Shown: positions 21,401 to 34,900 of the stretch, one piece after another | Layout: each line of letters opens with the position of its first letter | How positions within the stretch are numbered: the first letter of the stretch is position 1 | Origin: Podarcis erhardii | Taxonomy: Eukaryota | Direction: 5' to 3' (one strand) | Assembly: GCA_964252035.1 (NCBI GenBank) | Contig: OZ176212.1 | DNA: 64,000 nucleotides | Position numbers and translations under genes: made by a program | The notes under the pieces: generated by a model | Database searches by the model: none | The model's input: the letters and a program-made list of their open reading frames with translations, nothing else | What the model was told of the DNA's origin: nothing

Positions 21401-24400
21401 AGGAGGACGAGGGGGAGGAGGACCATGGTCATTGGAATGTGAATGTATGGTTATCGGAATGTGAATTTGACCTGGCAGGGCCCTCTTAGATACAGATTGG
21501 CAAGCCTGTGGAAATCAATGGACAGATTGTGGGAATGTTCTTTGCGGAGGTGTGGAAATGGCGTCTGTCCTTTATGTGATATGGCTCTTGGAGAGTGTAA
21601 AATCCACACAGGATATGTTTGTTTTCAACCCGCTTGTGAAGATTATCAGAGATCATAAAGAAAGGAATATATGATAACAACAAGAAGATGAGGAAAATAA
21701 CAAAGAGACTATCTGGACAGAACTGGACAGAACTGTGTAATTAAAGCAGCAACAAGAGTGATGTTTGGATCCCTTTCGGAGCTGAAAGTATGGGTACCCC
21801 CAACAAAAATTTAAAAATTTGGCTATATAATTTGGAATTAATGTGATTTGATTGGCCTGTTAATAAAAATTAATTAAAACAACAACAACAAAGAAGCAGC
21901 ACAGTGCAGGATTCGCAGCAACTGCTTAACAGCTGGAGGAGCAGCTTATCTGCATACGTTAAGCGGAGGATCCTAGTTTACAGTCAGTACTTGAAAATTT
22001 TCAGTGTAGTCTTCTACATTTCGATATGATACGATAATCTTTATTGTCATTGTCCCATACAGAACAATGAAACTTAAAATCTACATCAGACATTCAGAAA
22101 CCAACAAGCCAGCTATCCCAGCCTGGTTAGCTCCCTAAAAACTCTGATACCCCATAAATAAATACAATAGACTCCCATAGAGACTAACTTACACTGTGTT
22201 TAAAACCAAAATCACAATTGAATAAAAACTGTTTCTCAGGTGGCTAGTCCTAGTCTTTATAACCCTGTACCTTCTTCTGGAAGGCAAAAGCTGAAAGAGA
22301 TCACTTCACTGTCCATGTCAAATAACTTGTATGTTATAATAGGCATTACCTGCCAAGGCTGCAGTTTCTGAAGCTCCTGCATCCCTCCTTCCACCGCTGC
22401 CCTGTATTTGGCCCCAGGCAAGAACATGGCATGTAGAGCATGTGCTGTGGCATAAACAGCATTATAGATGCTATAGCTGTGGCTTGTTATGCTCATCTCA
22501 AAGCCAGACGAAGGGAGATTCTCCAGCTTCTCCTCTCCAGTGCAGGTTCCACTGGCCTGCTCCTCTGTGTTGGGGTTTGGAAATAAACAGAGAAATACCT
22601 GTGCCCAGAACTGCTTGACAAAGCCATTTCCATTCTCCTCAAAAGGATTTTGTACCTCAAGAAAGGCTTTGAATCCTTGTACCACATTTGAATAAACTGC
22701 AAAGGAGAGGGAACCGTGGAAGACATGCATATCCCAACTCATTTGGTAGGTCAATGTTGTGAAATCCACCTGTGCTGTCAGAATCCACACCTTGCCCACA
22801 GATGTTTCGTTAATATTTTCCATTTCACCTTGCACTAGCATTATTCGCAAGCGAATCATGGGCGTTGTTCCTCCATAGAAAACAACAACCTTGGCTTCAC
22901 TTTCCATAATAACATGATAGATTCCCATAATAACATCGGAATACATGACACAAAGCTCTGCCAAATATGTGGTTTTCAGGGTTGTCTCTGAGAAGGCCAA
23001 GCAAATGCCTTTCTGGGAGAGCAGAGGTTTCAGGGTCTGAATAAATCTCTCTCCACTGTCATTATCCACAGCGAGCAACCCAACCCACGTCCATCCAAAA
23101 TGCAGAAGTAACTCAACAATCCCAGTGTACTGATGGGCTTCATTGGGCACCATCCTATAGAAGGAAGTGGATTGGCTTTGACCAGGATCTTCTGAAGCAA
23201 AGGAACCATAAGTGAGCTAAAGGGAATAAAGAGGCATAATTCATAAATGTTGAAGAAGGACTGTATGTGTATTCAGGGCCTGCCTGCCATGGAGACAAGA
23301 TGAGCCAGTTGCCTCAGGAAGGAGACTCCAGAAAGTTTGGGGGGTGGCCGATTTGGCCTCCATGGAGTGCTGCCCTGCTTTGCTCTCCTTTCTCCTCATC
23401 TTCTGTCTCCAGGTCAATCTCCTTGCTTTCCTGAGCTGCTGCTGTCCCTCTCCCTAATTTTCCTTCTCCATTTCATCCCCTTTGTTTCATCACAACATTT
23501 CACCTCCTCATTTTATGACGTCCCACCTTCCCTTCCTTTCCAAACCTCTATTGTACCACAGACACACAGAATCACACACAAATGCCAGAATGTGTGCACA
23601 GCTGCCTCCTGACAGGCAAGTCTCCAGCCAGTAAGCCACAGGCAAAGTTGGAAGAAATGTCAATTTGCAGAATGGAATGTGGAGGTGTTGTTTTTGAGGA
23701 GTTGGAGTAAGGAAGCGAAGTGATATGAGCTGTCTCCCACAAACACAGTACCTTCTCAGTCAGGAGGGCGGAAAGCAGGGCTGGGGTGGGGGTGGTGTTT
23801 CCTGAGCCCCAACTGTGGATAAGTTGCAGCCTTATATAACTAGGATGTTTAGCTCTAGTTAATGCATGAGGGTGTGAAGACCATAGAGTAGTAAGCTGCT
23901 GTTGCCAATCTTGTGTAGGTCATGCCTCCTTCACCTCCGGTGAAAAGAGGGCACCTTTCTGCCAACACATGAGCCAAAGTGCGAGGTATGTTGGCCAATC
24001 CAGACCATTCCCTGCATGCCTCAGTAGAAGTTCTGTACTCTGGAAGGAAAAGCTACTGATCTTTGTTTCTAACTGGCCCAGGAAACAGGACCATTTCCAA
24101 ACATAAAGAGAAAGTCACCTATTGAAAATTCTAGTATTGACCTTTGAAAGCTCTAATTTGTCTGAACCTCATATATCTAGAGGGCCACCTTCTCCCACAC
24201 CACCCACACTTCTTGGTTTATTGGGTGAGGCCAGGTCACACCTAATACATTCTGCTGCCTGAGATAGAAACCAGCTGGTCCTGCCATTGAATCCTCCTTC
24301 AATATACCAATAGGACCACATCATCTACTGCACTTGGGACACCAGATTAGTTTGAGGAGTCAGGGGAGGCAGTGCTCGGACCTAGAGCAGAGAGAAAAGG

Positions 24401-26198
24401 CAAGTGTGCTTAAGAAGGAGAAATAGGACTGCCCACCTAGAGCAGACATCTTTAATTGCAAAGCCCACAGGAAACACATTTTGTGAAGAGCAGGACCACC
24501 CTCCTTTTTTAGTCACAATTCTACAAAACGTTTTTGGATAGAAAAGATCATGGTGATTGAGTGTGAAGAGTCCAAGGCAGTATCTTACCTGGGGAATCTT
24601 GTAGATGCTCAATATGTCTGCCATGTAAAGGGAGGTATCAAAGTCCAGTCCCCCAATAACTGCCACCAGGTGTTTCTGGGTGTTGCACTTGTAGTTGGGT
24701 ATAAATGTGGAGGGAAGGTTCAGAGCAGCCCGATAGGTCATCCTTTCATTGAAGTAACTGTCATAGATGTGGAATCCTAAGGTGATATTAGGTAAGATCT
24801 TGGGGTTCTCATTGATCTCTTTGACAGCAAATATCAAGGCCAGAATGTGCTGGTAGTTCTTTGGCACAACACTGCAACGAGAATTTCATGCTATATTTTT
24901 AAAATATAGGCTATACAATTTAAAAGAGGGGGGGGAGGCTTGACAATTCTTCAGCATTTTAGTTGAAATTGTGTCCTAGTATATATGCAAAGGCGTTTCC
25001 CCTGAAGGAATACATTGTATTCCACTTTTATACTTGTAGCTCACTTTTATTAATACAGTGGTACCTCAGGTTACAGACGCTTAACTGCCATTTCTTGGCT
25101 GATCAGAACCTTCAGCCAGTTAGTCTGTTGTTGCCCAGGCCAGTTGGAATGAATGGACCTAGTCCAGCCCCTGTCTATAAATGAAATTCCCTCTCTTCTC
25201 CTGTCACCAGTCCTCTGTCATCGAACAAGCCTGCACCATAGTGACAGCAGAAGGCTATAGACATTGACAGTCACAAAGAGACATCAACAGAAGCCATAAA
25301 ATATTTTGAAACCACAAAGCTGATTAATAATAATAATATATCTCACAAGATAAAAATAAAGTGTAAGGGCTGCCCTTTGGGCTTAGATATACACAAATTC
25401 TTTATTTACAGGTTTGCTCTGATCCCAGAACAAAAGGTGTATTGAAATGCAGAGAAGCAGGTAGCCAGGCTTAATGGAGTTATTCTCATCATATTCAAAC
25501 CTGTGACACATTTTAAACTGGGAGGGTCATATAAGAATGGCCTGACTTGGATGAGAATTTCACATCAAAGGAGAGGTGAGCTTTTAAGACAATTCACCCC
25601 AAACTTTCAGAGCATAAGTTCAATATTCAGAACAGAGAAGGGCTTTCCATCTTAAACTAGGTAAGTTTAAGTTGTGGCTCCTCTTGTGAAACCCTTCTTG
25701 GAAGAAATTTGGTGGGATGTGGGGAGGAGAGAACACATGAATGAAAGAAAGACTTTGTCATCTCACTGACTACACATTCAGATCTCTATTTCCCTCCTTC
25801 CAAGCCAACTCTTCAGCTCTGAAATGGTCCCCCCCCCCCCCCGCGACACCTCTGCTTGGAAGGAAATCCCTCTAAAATCAGTGGAACTTGTTTCTGAGTA
25901 AGCCTGGTCAGAGGTGGGGGATGTTTTGTGACATCTGATTACGTGTCATATGAAGTCTTTACAAGGTATTAAGAAGTTGACTGGTTGTTAGCCTTTCCTT
26001 GAAGTCTTCTTTGTCAGAAGCAGTAAGGAGGTGGGAAGCAAGTCCGCCAATAATAAGATCACCAGGTTGGTAGTATTCATGTGGAATTCTGGACAGATCA
26101 TGGATGGTGCAACGTGTATGTTTGCACACCATATGTGGCAGATGAAAAAGAATGGGCACAACAAACAGCAACATACTGAGGCAAATATTCTTTCTCAT
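18428..26198 (-). CDS. V2R gene C, complete 6-exon vomeronasal type-2 receptor (879 aa)
   Basis: Exons: 26198-25963, 24871-24589, 23216-22350 (867 nt), 20131-19904, 19603-19477, 19326-18428; total 2640 nt. Splice sites are canonical and the frame is open. Confidence 0.96.
20755..21886 (+). mobile_element. 1.13 kb non-coding retroelement with L1-like termini, C intron 3
   Basis: 18-nt TSD AACAAAGAAGCAGCACAG at 20737-20754 and 21887-21904; empty site at 31437-31454 in D. Starts GGGGG...GGAAGATGGCCGAC and ends AATAAAAATT plus an (AAC)n tail. No long ORF. Confidence 0.85.
22021..22305 (-). mobile_element. LINE 3' fragment (Rex1-like, tentative) in C intron 3
   Basis: An insert of about 285 nt present in C and D (31575-31865) but absent in B. 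The family call rests on general resemblance only. Confidence 0.5.
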
Positions 26199-27579
26199 CT
26201 GACACCCTTATTTCCAGCTGGAAAATGAACCTTAGCCTCAATAACCACGCTCAGTACAATATTCTGCCTTGACAGGAACAGCACTTCCCTACCAATTCAC
26301 AGATTAAAATCCTATTTTACATCTCAAAAAAGAGAAAAGCAGAAATCCTTCCTCTGCCTCTGACTTCTCCCTTGCTTAGAATAGCAGGAAGGGGTTTTAT
26401 GCCCATGTTTAGACTCTGGCTGGTATTGTCTGGAAATCTATGGAGACATTATTCAAGAGAGACTTAGTCATGGCGAGATTGATAATTACAGCTGTGATGA
26501 TAACTAGGTCTCTCTACATCAAGAACAACAAAATGACCAGAAAAAACACCAGCACATGCTTGTGTTATTTCATCAAAAGTGGTTTCTGTCTGTTTATGGG
26601 ACAACAAAAGAGCATGCAAAAATAACTACAAGGATGAAGAAAAGAACAGTGGTCCAGTCTGCTATCAGTGCTGAAAAGCTACATCTGAACAGTGGAAATG
26701 GTCACTCTGACCTCCAAAATTCCCCCCCTGAACATCTGTTCATTAATTTACTGGCAATTCTACTAAGACTGAAAAATTGTGAAAGAGATTGAGTTATGGC
26801 AGATGATTTGTGTAGGTTGCAAGGAAAATTAAGTATAAAAAAGGAGAATTCCCTGGATGCCAAGATCCAGGTTTGGGGCAAGTGCTCTTTGTTGAGAGAT
26901 CCCCAGCAGATATTTTCAATCACAAAATATTCAGCAAAGTAAAGCGTGGAAATATAGGTTGTTAGGCCTTAAACATATACCCCCATGAGTTCCAAAACTT
27001 CCCTCTCCTCTTACCATTGAAAAGGACCACACATCTGGTCAGTGAAAACTGGCTTACTTACAAACTCTTCAAAGGTCAGGTTCATGTGTTTCTCCATACA
27101 TCAGTCAGAAAACAGAGGCAGTAGCACTTGGCTTAGTTACAGTGGTGAAAGCTCCAAATTATTGGTATAGGAGTCCAAGAGAGGCTTCTTAGAGCCATGG
27201 TTTCTGAGCTTGTAGCAACCAGATAAGATCTTAAATATTATGCTTCTTGGGTAGACTTCTATTTGCTGCTTTCACTTCTTATTGTAGGATTTCATCTGAA
27301 TGTGGTATGTAGGGCTGCTGTCAGGGTTGGTTTTCCGAAAGGGCACAGCTCATCTTTCCAGACAGCATAACCCTCAACTTACCTAACTCTGACAGGTATA
27401 ACCCATCTCTTTTACTTGTTTGCCCATGGAGGACCATAGGCTGGGCCCCCATGGCCAGACTATAACTAGTAAACCCCACTCCTTCCTGATATGCTAGCAT
27501 CTCTCTCGCCTCCTTTACATGTCCTGCAGCATTGGGAAATTAACCCTGAGAAGGTGTTCCGAAACCACACATTCTTTGC

Positions 27580-28480
27580 AAGTTCTGTGTGAGTGTCTGG
27601 AGGCGGTTGGAGGATGGATTGCAGCTAACAGATTGAGGTTGAATCCTGACCATACAGAAGTACTGTTTCTGGGGGAAAGGGGGTGGGCTGGTGTGGAGGA
27701 CTCCCTGGTCCAGAATGAGGTAACTGTGCCCCTGAAGGACCAGGTGTGCAACCTGGGAGTCATTTTGGACTCACAGCTGTCTATGGAGGCGCAAGTCAAT
27801 TCTGTGTCCTGGGCAGCTGTCTACCAGCTCCATCTCGTACGCAGGCTGAGACCCTACCTGTCCTTGGACTGTCTTGCCAGAGTGGTGCATGCTTTGGTTA
27901 TCTCCTGCTTGGACTACTGCAAGCAGGAGGGGCTCTGTGTAGGACTAACTTTGAAAGTGACCCAGAAACTACAACTAATTCAGAATGCGGCAGTTAGACT
28001 GGTGACTGGGAGAGGCCACCGAGACCACATCTCATCCTGAAAGACCTACATTGGCTCCCAATAATTTTCTGGGCACAATTCAAAGTGTTGGTGCTGACCT
28101 TTAAAGCCCTAAATGGCCTCGGCCTAGTATACATGAAGGAGAGTCTCCATCCCCATTGTTCAGCCTAGACACTGAGGTCCAGCGCCAAGGGCCTTCTGGT
28201 GGTTCCCCCACTGCGAAAAGTGAGGTTACAGGGAAGCAGGCAGAGGGCCTTCTTGGTAGTGGCGCCCGCCCTGTAGAATGCCCTCCCATCAGATATCAAA
28301 GATATAAACAACTATCAGACTTTTAGTAGACATCTGAAGGCAGCTCTGTTTAGAAAAGCTTTTAATATTTGATGAATCATTGTATTTTAATATTGTGCTG
28401 GCAGCTGCCCAGAATGGCTGGGGGAAAACAGCCAGATGAGTGGGGTATAAATAATAAATTATTATAATATTATTATTATA
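27580..28480 (+). mobile_element. L2 LINE 3' end, duplicated copy of 16140-17030
   Basis: Same position in the unit and the same private features (e.g. LDYCKQEGLC); a frameshift near 28030. Confidence 0.88.
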
Positions 28481-28597
28481 AGCAGAAGCCGTTATTTGTG
28501 CTCCTAATAGAACAACACCTCAGATATGGAAATATATAGACTGCCCAAAAAAATGTGAATATGTGAAACAAAGAACTATTTGAAGGGGTGGTATATA

Positions 28598-28755
28598 CAG
28601 TGGCGTAGCGTGGGTTGTCAGCACCCGGGGCAAGGCAAGTATTTTGCGCCCCCTAACCCGTGGATTTGCGCCCCCTAACCCGTGGATTTGCCCTAACCCC
28701 AGATGTTGCGCCCGGTGCGGCCGGCCCCCCCTGCACCCCCCACGCTACGCCACTG
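28598..28755. mobile_element. hAT-type MITE (158 nt)
   Basis: Perfect 17-nt TIR CAGTGGCGTAGCGTGGG and 8-bp TSD GGTATATA (28590-28597 and 28756-28763). The empty site is near 17716. It contains an internal tandem repeat, gcgccccctaacccgtggattt. Confidence 0.9.
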
Positions 28756-28997
28756 GGTATATAGATGTAATAAAGAAAAAAACGATGAGAAAATACAAAA
28801 GGAATGGTTAATTAACGTATTTGAGATATCAAGAGGTAAGAGAGAATTAACTTTACAATTGCCCAGATGTACTCAGTATTCATAGTGGGTCATGTAATAA
28901 AATGGTCTTAAGAGCATGGTTATACGATGTAGAAAAAGAGAGATTAATTTGCCCATATTCTGATAGAACAAATAAACAGAGATGATAGGATAATTTA

Positions 28998-31900
28998 CTA
29001 TTTCCTTTTTATTAATTGCTCCTTGCTGTTCAGATCAGGTCTCAACACAATGATGTAACATTTGGGGGCAAAGATGGAGCCCAGTATCCCAGCACTGGAG
29101 GCCAAGATGGAGAAGATCTCCACAGCCACCATGTATTTCCCCTTGGTGCCCAGGTAGACCGGAAGAAATGAGATCCAAACACTACAAAACAACAACATGC
29201 TGAAGGTGATGAATTTGGCCTCATTAAAGCTGTCAGGCAGTTTCCTGGCAAAAAAGGCAACAACAAAGCTGAGAATGGCCAAAAAGCCCATGTAGCCCAG
29301 GACACAGTAAAACAGGGCAACTGACCCTTCGTTGCAGCCTAGAATGATTTCCCTCATCGCAGACTGCATGTCAGAATCAGGAAATGGGGGAGAGGTTCCT
29401 AACCACACAGTGCAAATGCCAGCTTGAATAAGAGAACAAGAAATCACAATGGCGTTTGCCAGTCTTTTCCCCACCCATTTTCTCATTCGGGATCCTGGTT
29501 TGGTGGCCACAAAGGCCAGAACCACCGTGATCGTTTTGGCCAGAACACAAGAAACGGTCACTGTGAAAACAAGGCCAAAAGCCATTTGTCGGAGCAGGCA
29601 GCTCACTCTTTCTGGAGGGCTGAGGAAGATCAATGGGCAGAGGAAGCAGAGCAGGAGGGAAGTGAGGAGAGTGTAGGTGAGGTCCCGATTGTTTGCTCTG
29701 ACAATGGGTGTGTCCTGATGTTTAATGAAGATGACTAGGACCACCACTGTGAGGAGAGAGAGGGAAAGAGCAAACATTGCTAAGCTCATCCCCAGAGGCT
29801 CCTTAAAAGACAGGAAGCTGATGGTCTTTGGAATGCAATGCGATTGGTCTCTGTGTGGATAGTGGTTTTCAGAGCATGCAACACAGTCATCCATATCTGG
29901 AGAGAAAATAATATATTCAGATTTCAGATGTTCTGGATAGCTACTACAAATGTTACCAGCGTGAAACTCTTGAGGTTAAAATAGATATATCACCGATGTT
30001 TCCTTTATACATTTGAAAAGTACCATGTATATATTGTGTCCCCTACCTTTCTGGCATGAAATCTTGCCTTGAGGACATGGAGCACAATTATAGCAGCAGA
30101 ATGGCTCCCCCTCCTTCTTTTCCTTCCTGGAGCCAGGAGGGCAATCTGAGTTACATAACGAAATGGGTGAAACCTGCCCATTTAAATAAACACATAAACA
30201 TTTTAGCACACAGAAATTAGTATTATTTTCCCCCACCCCCAACTAGAAATAGGAAGACACTAAAATACTTATTCCAAACTCAGAGCCAAACTACTCATTT
30301 TTCTATTCATGCTTTTTAAAAAAGTGTGCTCAACCTGTCCATCTGGGGAACAAATATCTCAAATTGAGTGCGATCAGTTGGAATGCAATGTTATAGATAT
30401 TCTCTTTTCCCATCTCTCATGGATGTAGGAATTATGCCTCACCTGGTGAAAGCTCTGGTGCCACACCATTCTGTTGTCATCAATGGAAATCAGCTGGCCT
30501 GGGACAGCCTCCCCACCCAGTCTTCCAACCTTGACTCTCATGAAGGAGTTATTTGGAAATGTGACCAGGTTGGTAATATCAAAGCCAGCTTCTACTTCCC
30601 TGCTCTCACTGAAAGATACCGTTTCTCCAGCAGAGTTGTTAAAGGAGACACTCCTAAGAAAGGGATGGAGCTGAATTGGAAGAAAAATAGGAACTGTGAA
30701 GAAATGCATATGTCTCTCCTTACTGACACTCAGGATGTCTCCAACGTTCAGTACTGGCAGGGACTCCTATGCAAACAGAATCCACTCATTGGAATTGGTT
30801 CGTAAGGTGAGCATTCACAGAGAGAGCCAATGATTTCCTTTCTCTCCTATAGGGAAAATCCTAATGCATTCCTGACCACGAAGAAATGAGGAAAAAATCC
30901 ATGGCTTTCAGTTCCCACTGCCTGGATATGTCACACCCCACGGAAGAGAATCGTAGGGTAACCAGCCTCAAATAACCATCATGAAGACATCTAATCAACG
31001 CTTGAAGGGGGCTAATGCCATGGAGTAAGCTGTCCATGAGTCTGACCAAACTGCGGGAGGCAGTGGAAGACAGGAGTGCCTGGCGTGCTCTGGTCCATGG
31101 GGTCACGAAGAGTCGGACACGACTGAACGACTAAACAACAACAAAGCTGTCCTATCAGGCTTCGTCTATGTCACTTCCCTTCACTTTGGGAGGAGATGGG
31201 CAACAAAGCCTTTTGGTTTTGGGGAAACTCAGCCTACATGTGAATTCTCTGAACTGCTCTCACCTTCTCTCATTGTAGGCTTGGATCCTCCCCTTAATTT
31301 GTGTGAAGAGAAACTGCTTGTAATGGAGCAGGACAGAGCAAGATCAGATTCTCAGAAACTGCTTGTAATGGAGCAGGACAGAGCGAGATCAGATTCTCCT
31401 TCACTTACAGTTTCTCTATAAACATAGGTACCTATTAACAAAGAAGCAGCACAGTGCAGGATTCGCAGCTACTGCTTAACAACTGGAGGAGCAGCTTATC
31501 TGCGTACATTAAGCGGAGGATCATAGCCTACAGTTAGTTCTTCAGTTTAAATTTTCAGTTTAGTCTTCTACATTTATATACGATATGATAATCTTTATTA
31601 TCATTGTCCCATACAGAACAACGAAATTGAAAATCTACATCAGACATTCAGAAACCAGCAAGCATGCTATCCCAGCTATCCCAACCTGGTTAACCCTCTA
31701 AAAACTCTGATACCCCATAATTAAATACAATAGACTCCCATAGAGACTACCTTACACTGTGTTTAAAACCAAAATCACAATTGAATAGAAACTGTTTCTC
31801 TGGCAGCTAGTCCTAGTCTTTATAACCCTGTACCTTCTTCTGGAAGGCAAAAGCTGAAAGAGATCACTTCACTGCCCATGTCAAATAACTTGTATGTTAT

Positions 31901-34900
31901 AATAGGCATTACCTGCCAAGGCTGCAGTTTCTGAAGCTCCTGCATCCCTCCTTCCACCGCTGCCCTGTATTTGGCCCCAGGCAAGAACATGGCATGTAGA
32001 GCATGTGCTGTGGCATAAACAGCATTATAGATGCTATAGCTGTGGCTTGTTATGCTCATCTCAAAGCCAGATGAAGGGAGATCTTCCAGTTTCTCCTCTC
32101 CAGTGCAGGTTCCACTGGCCTGCTCCTCTGTATTGGAGTTTGGAAATAAACAGAGAAATACCTGTGCCCAGAACTGCTTGACAAAGCCATTTCCATTTTC
32201 CTCAAAAGGATTTTGTCCCTGAAGAAAGGCTTTGAATCCTTGTACCACATTTGAATGAACTGCAAAGGAGAGGGAACCGTGGAAGACATGCATGTCCCAA
32301 CTCATTTGGTAGGTCAATGCTGTGAAATCCACCTGTGCTGTCAGTATCCACACCTTGTCCACAGATGTTTTGTTAATATTTTCCATTTCACCTAGCGCTA
32401 GCATTGTTCGCAAGCGAATCATGGGCGTTGTTCCTCCATAGAAAACAACAACCTTGGCTTCACTTTCCATAATAACATGATAGATTTGGATGAAGTCAGA
32501 CTGCACATGATAAAAGTCTGCCAAATATGTGGTTTTCAGGGTTGTCTCTGAGAAGGCCAAGCAAATGCCTTTCTGGGAGAGCAGAGGTTTCAGGGTCTGA
32601 ATAAATCTCTCTCCACTGTCATCATCCACAGCGAGCAGTCCAACCCACGTCCAACCAAAATGCAGAAGTAACTCAACAATCCCAGTGTACTGATGGGCTT
32701 CATTGGGCACCATCCTATAGCAGGAAGTAGATTGGCTATGACCAGGATCTTCTGGAGCAAAGGAACCATAAGTGAGCTAAAGGGAATAAAGAGGCATAAT
32801 TCATAAATGCAGAAGAAGACCTGTATGTGTATTCAACGCCTGCCTGCCATGGAGACATGATGAGCCAGTTGCCTCAGGAAGGAGACTCCAGAAAGTTGGG
32901 AGGGTCGCCGATTTGGCCACCATGGAGTGCTGCCCTGCTTTGCTTTCCTTTCTCCTCATCTTGTCTCCAGTTCATCCTCCTTGCTTTCCTGCACTGCTGC
33001 TGTCCCCCGCCCTAGTTAATGCATGAGGGCAATAGAGTAGAAAGCTGCTGTTGGCAATCTTGTGTAGGTCATGACTCCTTCACCTCCAGTGAAAAGAGGG
33101 CACGTTTCTGCCAACACATGAGCCAAAGTGCAAAGTCAATCCAGACCATTCTCTGCATGCCTCAGTAGAAGCTCTGTACAGAACCATTTCCAAACATAAA
33201 GAGAAAGTCACCTATTGAAAATCCTAGTATTGACCTTTGAAAGCTCTAATTTGTCTGAACCTCATATATCTAGAGGGCCACACTTCTTGGTTTATTGGGT
33301 GAGGCCAGGTCACACCTAATACATTTTGCTGCCTGCCATTGAATCCTCCTTCAATATACCAATAGGACCACATCATCCACTGCACTTGGGACACCAGACT
33401 AGTTAGAGGAGTCAGGGGAGGCAGTGCTCGGACCTAGAGCAGAGAGAAAAGGCAAGTGTACTTAAGAAGGAGAAATAGGACTGCCCACCTAGAGCAGACA
33501 TCTTTAATTGCAAAGCCCACAGGAAACACATTTTGTGAAGAGCAGGACCACCCTCCTTTTTAGTCACAATTCTACAAAACTTTTTTGGATAGAAAAGATC
33601 ATGGTGATTGAGTGTGAAGAGTCCAAGGCAGTATCTTACCTGGGGAATCTTGTAGATGCCCAAGATGTTTGCCATTTGGAGGGAGGTATCAAAGTCCAGT
33701 CCCCCAATAACTGCCACCAGGTGTTTCTGGGTGTCGCACTTGTAGTTGGGTATTAGTGTGGAGGGAAGATTCAGAGCAGCCCGATAGGTCATCCTTTCAT
33801 TGAAGTAACTGTCATAGATGTGGAATCCTAAGGTGATATTTGGTAAGATCTTGGGGTTCTCATTGATCTCCTTGACAGCAAATGCCAAGGCCAGAATATG
33901 CTGGTAGTTCTTTGGCACAACACTGCAATGAGAATTTCATGCTATATATTTGAAATATATGCTATGCAATTTAAAAAAAGGGGGGGGGAGGCTTGACAAT
34001 TCTTCAGCATTTTAGTTGAATTTTTTTCCTATTATATATGCAAAGGAGTTTCCCCTGAAGGAATACATTGTATCCCACTTTTATACTTATAGCTCACTTT
34101 TATTAGAACAGTGGTACCTCAGGTTAGAGATGCTTCAGGTTACAAACGCTTTAGTTTACAGACTCTGCTAATCCAGAAATAGTACCTCGGGTTAAGTACT
34201 TTGCTTCAGGATGAGAACAGAAATCGTGCGCCAACATTTCCATGCATTTTGATGGAAACTTTACATCCGTATTTGTATTTTTGTATACATGACTTGGCTA
34301 GAAGATTCCACTGCAAAATCTGGAGAAGTATAAATTTCAAATGATGGCTCTCTTTTGGTTTAGATAACTTTTTAGAGCAAGCAAATTTTGGCAGGTTCAT
34401 GTTCAAATGTGAGCTGATTTGTAAGAACTGGGCAGCTTCCTACCTTGAAATAGACACCAGCTCACCTGTTCTGATCTTCAACACAAAATATGGTTAACAC
34501 ACTGGGGATAAGTAGCTTAATATTTAAACCTCAGCTGTCCACTTTCACAGCTTTCTTTGGTTTTTCCCTCACACCTCCCTCCTTACTTCTCCCAACTGAC
34601 AGTTAACTGCTTTTTCTTGGCTGATCAGAACCTTCAGCCAATTAGTCTGTTGATGCCCAGGCCAATTGGAATGAATGGACCTGATCCAGCCTATGTCTAT
34701 ATATGAAATTCCCTCCCTTCCCCTGTCACAAGTCCTTTGTCATCAAACAAGCTTGCACCATAGTTACACTACAAGGCTACAGACATTGACAGTCACACAG
34801 AGACATCAACAGAAGCCATAAAATATTTTGAAATCATGAAGCTGATTAATTATACTACTACTACTACTAATAATAATAACCCCCCCCTTCATCTGAAGAT

